Positions 58,612 to 64,000 of a stretch of 64,000 nt of DNA are shown one piece after another. The notes beneath the pieces are model-generated. The model was not told the origin of the DNA and did not search any database. It saw only the letters and a list, made by a program, of their open reading frames with translations. Numbering within the stretch: position 1 is the stretch's first letter; every line of letters begins with the position of its first letter. A program made the translations under genes and the position numbers. Source of the DNA: Nitrospirota bacterium (GTDB lineage: Bacteria > Nitrospirota > Thermodesulfovibrionia > Thermodesulfovibrionales > UBA9159); contig CAVOUE010000006.1 in the NCBI GenBank assembly GCA_963699545.1, positions 160,001 to 224,000 on the forward strand, given 5' to 3'.

Positions 58612-58797
58612 TGATTTTCCTCCCTTTCACGTCTCATGGTTTCAGTTTACCGCGAAAAATAATTATTGTCAAAAAGCCGCCTCAACCCCGCCCTTCCCTT
58701 TGCCCCTTTTTCCCGGGAATTTCCCGTTTATTGCTTTTCCCCGAAGCGATTGGTTACATTGAAAGAGGAATTATCCATTGCTGTGAGGAGGTCTGAA

Positions 58798-59373
58798 ATG
58801 AGGGTAGTGGCATTTAACGGCAGCGCAAGAAAGGACGGCAATACCGCGATTCTTCTGAACACTGTGCTGGACGAGCTGAAGAAGGAGGGCATCGAAACCG
58901 AGCTGGTTCAACTGGCAGGGAAGTCCCTCCAGGGCTGTATCGCCTGCTACAAGTGTTTCGAAAACAAGAACCACAAATGTGCCGTGGAAAAGGACGAGAT
59001 GAACACACACATCGGGAAAATGCTCGAGGCAGACGGCATCCTCCTCGGCTCCCCGACATATTTCTCCGATGTGGCAGCGAACATGAAGGCCCTCATCGAA
59101 CGCTGCGGTATGGTCGCCCGTGCAAACGGAGACATGTTCAGGAGAAAAGCAGGTGCAGGAGTGGTCGCGGTCCGGCGAGCCGGCGCCACCCATGTCCTCA
59201 GCTCTCTCAACTATTTCTTCCTCATAGGCCAGATGATAATCCCGGGTTCGACCTACTGGAATCTCGGCATCGGGAGAGAGCCGGGAGAGGTGAAGAGCGA
59301 TACTGAGGGGATGCAGACCATGGTCGACCTCGGGAGGAACATGGCCTGGCTCATCAAGAAGATCAGCGCCTGA
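58798..59373 (+). CDS. Iron-sulfur flavoprotein (flavodoxin family)
   Basis: FNGSARKDGNT, CIACYKC...C, GSPTYF. Confidence 0.9.
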   Translation: MRVVAFNGSARKDGNTAILLNTVLDELKKEGIETELVQLAGKSLQGCIACYKCFENKNHKCAVEKDEMNTHIGKMLEADGILLGSPTYFSDVAANMKALIERCGMVARANGDMFRRKAGAGVVAVRRAGATHVLSSLNYFFLIGQMIIPGSTYWNLGIGREPGEVKSDTEGMQTMVDLGRNMAWLIKKISA

Positions 59374-59400
59374 GGGATGGAATCAGGAAACCGACGGAAC

Positions 59401-59437
59401 GTTGCCTGCGGCCCGCGACAGCGGGGCCGCAGGCAAC
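59401..59437. terminator. Hairpin between convergent genes
   Basis: GTTGCCTGCGGCCC...GGGCCGCAGGCAAC. Confidence 0.6.
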
Positions 59438-59443
59438 ACCCGA

Positions 59444-59602
59444 CTACCCCTCACAGCACAGGCGTCTCATTCTCTTCTTCCCATTGGGAGAAACGGCAAG
59501 GACAACTTCAACCTTTTTCCCGCAGTTGCTGCAGAAACTTGCCTTGTTCTTTGACTCCATACGTGCCGCCACGTCGGTCTTTGACTTTTTTACCTCTGCC
59601 AT
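59444..59602 (-). CDS. 52-aa basic Cys-containing small protein
   Basis: RBS AGGAGG; MAEVKKSKTDVAARMESKNKASFCSNCGKKVEVVLAVSPNGKKRMRRLCCEG*. Confidence 0.65.
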   Translation of the reverse strand: MAEVKKSKTDVAARMESKNKASFCSNCGKKVEVVLAVSPNGKKRMRRLCCEG

Positions 59603-59978
59603 CTTGTTTCCTCCTTTCGTATCTCAAAATCCTCAGGAAATTTCCCTCTTCCCTTCGCCAGGCGCGCAGCTACCCTGTCAGGGTTCCTCTCTTGATTGGT
59701 ACAGCCACTGCGGGCGGGACGCAACGAATGAGGAAATTTCACAAAACCACTTATACTACATTAGAAATGGCTTATATGTCAAGAACAAGCGGGGAGATCG
59801 CATCCGCATTTCCTGTTCTTCAAGATCCTGACCTGTTCCCCGTACGAACCGACACACATATCCCGCGACAAGGATGTCCCTCCTCTGATCTAAATCATGG
59901 TCGCGGTCTGCTGTTCATGGCATTCTATAATAAACGACAGACCTTAAGAGAGGTCAGGCTATCAGAGAGGCATCGGCG

Positions 59979-60326
59979 ATGAAACAGAGACACCCAAGGA
60001 TAGCGAGGGAAAGCAGAACGATCCATGCCATGATCACGCTATACTGCCGTGATCATCACGGCGATCATGGGACCGCAGGCGCCCTCTGTCCGGACTGCAG
60101 AGAAGTCCTCGATTATGCAGAGCTGCGCCTGGATAAATGCCCCTTTCAGGAGAACAAGACTACGTGCGCACATTGTCCTGTGCACTGTTATACGCCATCC
60201 ATGCGGGAGAAAGTGAAAGCGATCATGCGATATTCAGGCCCGCGCATGACCTTCCGCCATCCGGTCCTTGCCCTTTTCCATCTTCTTGACGGAAGGAAAA
60301 AGCCCCTTTCCAAAGCAAAAGCATAA
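59979..60326 (+). CDS. YgbA-family protein
   Basis: MITLYCRDHH...CPDC...RLDKCPFQENKTTCAHCPVHCY...MRYSGPRM..RHP. Confidence 0.85.
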   Translation: MKQRHPRIARESRTIHAMITLYCRDHHGDHGTAGALCPDCREVLDYAELRLDKCPFQENKTTCAHCPVHCYTPSMREKVKAIMRYSGPRMTFRHPVLALFHLLDGRKKPLSKAKA

Positions 60327-60377
60327 TCGTCTTCGCCATGCTTATTTCCCGGAAGTGTGATAACATTTACCTGAGAC

Positions 60378-61709
60378 ATGGCGTCCATTAGGGAAAAGAT
60401 CGACGTTTTTTTCATGAGGACCATCCGGAAGGACACCGGATCCCTCGGCAGGTTGAAGGCGTTCCAGGTCAGGTTCCTTCAACTGCTCTATGTGGTCATA
60501 AGGGAGCTTTCAGGGGAGCAACTCCCCCTCAGGGCGATGGGCCTTGTCTATACCACCCTCCTCTCCCTTGTTCCCCTCCTGGCGGTGAGTTTCTCGGTGC
60601 TGAAGGCCTTTGGCGTCCATGCCAGGCTCGAAATTCTCCTCTATTACTTCATGGAACCCCTCGGTCCCCAGGGTACGGACGTTGCAATGAAGGTGATTGA
60701 GTTTGTTGAAAAGGTGAATGTCGGGGTCCTCGGCTCAGTCGGTCTTGCAACCCTCATTTACACCGTAATCTCTCAGGTCCAGAAGATTGAAAGCGCCCTC
60801 AATTCCATCTGGCAGGTGAAAGGAACGCGAAGTTTTGCCATGAGGTTCAGCAACTACATGAGCGTGCTCCTCGTCGGTCCCGTTCTCGTCTTCTCCGCTG
60901 CCGGTTTCACCGCAGCCCTTATGAGCACCGCGTTCGTGCATACGCTGCAGAAGATCGAGCCCTTCGGAATGCTGCTCTCTTATGCGGGCAAACTGCTTCC
61001 TTCTGCTCTCGTGTGTGCGGCCTTTGCTTTTCTCTACTACTCTCTTCCCAACACAAAGGTGCGTTTCGCCTCTGCCCTTGTGGGAGGTATCGTTGCAGGG
61101 CTCTCATGGATAGCCACCGGGCTGGTCTTCACTTCCTTCATCGTATCGTCCGCCCAGTATTCCGCCATCTACTCGGGATTTGCTGTTCTTATCCTCTTCC
61201 TTATCTGGCTTTACTGGAGTTTCCTCATCCTCCTTACGGGAGCCAGCGTATCCTTCCATCATCAGAATCCGCAGTTGATCGCTGCAGAAGGAGAAATGCT
61301 CACCCTAAGCCCGGTCGCTAAAGAAAGGCTCGCCCTCTCCATCATGTATCTGGTCGGTTCCTCCTTCCGTGACGGAACACGACAATGGACGATCGCCGCC
61401 ATGAGTGAGCGCCTCGGGCTGCCGGCAGTGCCTCTTCAGGCTGTTATGAATGCGCTTGAGGAAAGAGGACTCCTTGTCACATCCGGCGACGAGCCGGCAT
61501 ACTATCCTGCCAGGGACCTGGAGATGATCTCCGTGAAAGAGGTGATCGACGCTGTCAGGACAGCCGGGGAAGGCATCGGCACAGAAGAGTCAACCCTCGC
61601 GATTCCGGAGGTGGACGTCATCATGAGGAAGATCGAAGAGGGCATAACGGGTTCCCTTGAAAATGTTACAGTAAAGGCTTTGCTCCTGCCGCACAAAAAG
61701 AATAACTGA
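60378..61709 (+). CDS. YihY/BrkB-family membrane protein with a C-terminal wHTH
   Basis: YTTLLSLVPLL, IESALNSIW, LPNTKV, YSAIYSGFA. Confidence 0.88.
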   Translation: MASIREKIDVFFMRTIRKDTGSLGRLKAFQVRFLQLLYVVIRELSGEQLPLRAMGLVYTTLLSLVPLLAVSFSVLKAFGVHARLEILLYYFMEPLGPQGTDVAMKVIEFVEKVNVGVLGSVGLATLIYTVISQVQKIESALNSIWQVKGTRSFAMRFSNYMSVLLVGPVLVFSAAGFTAALMSTAFVHTLQKIEPFGMLLSYAGKLLPSALVCAAFAFLYYSLPNTKVRFASALVGGIVAGLSWIATGLVFTSFIVSSAQYSAIYSGFAVLILFLIWLYWSFLILLTGASVSFHHQNPQLIAAEGEMLTLSPVAKERLALSIMYLVGSSFRDGTRQWTIAAMSERLGLPAVPLQAVMNALEERGLLVTSGDEPAYYPARDLEMISVKEVIDAVRTAGEGIGTEESTLAIPEVDVIMRKIEEGITGSLENVTVKALLLPHKKNN

Positions 61710-61783
61710 ATTCTCGCCGCGCCGCGCACCACTTCATTTGAAGCTCAAAAGACGGCAGCCGTACCGGAACAATCACTCTTTTG

Positions 61784-62239
61784 TTATTGCACCTTCAGTT
61801 CCGAGGTGCAGTGAGCGCAGCGCACCGCCTTCACCGGAATGGCAGACATACAGTAAGGACATTCCTTTGTTGCCGGAGCCGAAGGCGGTACCTCCTCCTG
61901 TCTCCGCAGGTTATTAATGCTTTTCACGACGAGGAAGACCGCGAAGGCCACAATGAGGAAACTGATGATGCTGTTCAGGAAGAGACCGTAGTTCACGCTC
62001 ACCGCTCCCGCTCTCTGCGCGTCGGCAACCGTTGCGTACGGCCCGGCCACTGAACCCTCCTTGATCACAAGGAACAGGTTGGAGAAGTCCACGTTTCCCA
62101 GAAGCAGGCCTATGGGCGGCATGATAATGTCCGAAACCAGCGATTTGACAATAGACCCGAAAGCAGCACCGATGATGATGCCCACTGCCATGTCAACCAC
62201 ATTCCCCTTCATGGCAAATTCCTTGAATTCCTTAAACAC
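61784..62239 (-). CDS. mscL: Large-conductance mechanosensitive channel
   Basis: [27 protein letters not shown]-terminal CPYC..CAHC. Confidence 0.97.
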   Translation of the reverse strand: MFKEFKEFAMKGNVVDMAVGIIIGAAFGSIVKSLVSDIIMPPIGLLLGNVDFSNLFLVIKEGSVAGPYATVADAQRAGAVSVNYGLFLNSIISFLIVAFAVFLVVKSINNLRRQEEVPPSAPATKECPYCMSAIPVKAVRCAHCTSELKVQ

Positions 62240-62455
62240 GGGAACCCCCTTTCATTGATCGGTCTGTTTTATCCTATAGTCACGGTATCATATTCTCGGC
62301 CATTTGACAAACAGCGACTGACCTGCCTCATGGGAAGTGTCCGGGGCAGGCTTGAAGGCAGATAAAAATGTGAATTGCTGTTAAAATTACATGGTATGCT
62401 TTAACAGGTTCGTGAACGTGAAATTCTTAACGTAAGAGGTATACTCTCAGCACCG

Positions 62456-64000
62456 ATGAAAAAGATCACTTTGTTCTTTCTGAATCTCGGGTTTCTCCTG
62501 GTCTCGCTCTTCGTCTACCATCTTGTCTTTCTCTTGAAGTATGCTGATTTTAAGGCTTTGGCGGGAGCCGCTTTTCCTCCTGTCCTTCTTGCCGGGCTCA
62601 GGTTCGATCTCGCCACTTCCGCATACGTGCTGATCCCCTTTGCGGCGATGGTGTTCCTTCCCTTTCTCTCAGGTCACAGGACATATCTGCGTGTCCTGGC
62701 GGTTGTGAATGCATGCTGGCTCGTCCTCCTGGACATTTACCTTTTTGTAGATCTGTTTTACTACCCCTTTTCCCTGCGACACCTCAGCTTCGAGCTCTTC
62801 TCCACAAAGGGGGACATCACGTCCATGGTCAAGCTCGGTCTCCTGGAATATCCCCTGGAGTTGGCTGTGTTCACCGTCTTTGTGGTCCTGTTGCTCTTCA
62901 CGTATTTCTCCCTCACCCGCAGAATACTCAGAGATTTTACGCGTTCGGACCACTCCTTCGTCAGAAGACTTATCGCCGATGCAGTTACCATTCTTGTCAT
63001 GACAACCCTTATCGTGGTAATGGCACGAGGCGGCCTCCAGATGAAGCCCCTGAAGTACAGTGATGCGTTCGCCTTTCATTCACCCCTTCTGGGGCAGCTG
63101 GTGCTCAACGGGGTCTATACCACCATGAGGACGTTTTACAGCTTCAGGGAGAACAAGGAGATGAGGGGATGGGAAAGGCGTCGCTCGACCGAGGGAAGAA
63201 GCGATGCGAAGGGGAGCTCAAATGCTCGTATCACCGGAGAGGGAAGAGGTCCCCGACCCGCGGTACCCCCTTTACCGCCACTTCAAGTATAAGGAGTCTG
63301 AATTCAGGCGGTTAAATCTGGTGGTCTTCATCATGGAGAGCTGGTCAAGCAAGTTTGTGGGGGCATTGGGGGGAGAGGACGACGCTATGCCTTATTTCAG
63401 CAGGCTTTCGAAAAAAGGCGTCCTCTTTAAGAACTTCTTTTCCAACGGGCAGCGTTCCACAGAGGCTATCTCAGCGATCCTCACGGCCATTCCCCCTTCC
63501 GGCGGCATGATCCTGTCCCAGAGCGGAGCCTTTTCCCAGATGCCGGTGAAATTTCTGCCGTCCCTATTGAAGGAAAGAGGGTACAAGACCTTTTTCATCC
63601 ACGGGGCAAAACCGGGTTCCATGGGGTTCAACAGTCTGGTGAAACAGACAGGCATCGAGCGGTATATATCAAAGGAAGAGATACTGAAGGAGGGGGGCAG
63701 GGAAGACGGTGTTTGGGGCATATACGACGAAGATACATTCCTTTACGCCCACAGGCTTTTTGATGCACAGAAAGACCCTTTCTTTGCGGTGATCTTTTCC
63801 CTGAGCAGCCATACGCCGTACAAGCTTCCCTCGGACCGTTTTAAGTATTTCGCCCCTGCGAAGCCGTTTCACGATTTCCTCGACTCCCTCCGCTATTCCG
63901 ACTATGCCCTTTCCCGTTTCTTCGATGAGGCGGAAAAGGCCGGCTATTTTCGAAATACGCTTTTTATCATCGTGGGGGATCATACCGAAGGGAAGTCCAC
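62456..64000 (+). CDS. LTA-synthase-family sulfatase; frameshifted, runs off the window
   Basis: GLRFDL, ARGGLQ, then NLVVFIMESW, SSHTPY, RYSDYAL, IVGDH in a downstream frame. Confidence 0.85.

Overview
Bacterial chromosome segment, most likely Nitrospirota (Thermodesulfovibrionia-like, judged by eye from the 16S sequence and the gene content). Many genes from ~2 to 38 kb, including the essential ileS, lspA and lgt, carry 1-bp frameshifts. These are best read as long-read assembly errors rather than pseudogenes. Left to right: (1) end of an accessory region with vapBC, hicAB, two orphan tyrosine-integrase 3' ends, a DUF2971-like gene and two tRNA-Thr(CGT) 3' fragments (att scars); (2) porin-kdpABC-kdpD operon headed by a c-di-AMP (ydaO) riboswitch, with a KdpD that lacks its kinase domain, followed by nhaA; (3) LPP20/FlgT/FecR/CsgG envelope cluster; (4) CbcAB-like b/c cytochrome module; (5) GC-rich sugar ABC transporter; (6) ileS-lspA-lgt-multiheme cytochrome, bioD and an SDR; (7) complete rRNA operon with four hairpin insertions built from intergenic repeat families; (8) MarR mini-regulon and HtrA; (9) AT-rich four-gene cassette: ParB-HEPN-like fusion, B12/radical SAM enzyme, small protein and DpnI-like winged helix; (10) stress and housekeeping genes (mscL, YihY, LTA-synthase-like). 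The AT-rich cassette (9) is the best candidate for an undescribed defence or nucleic-acid modification system. All domain calls come from motif recognition by eye; no database was searched.
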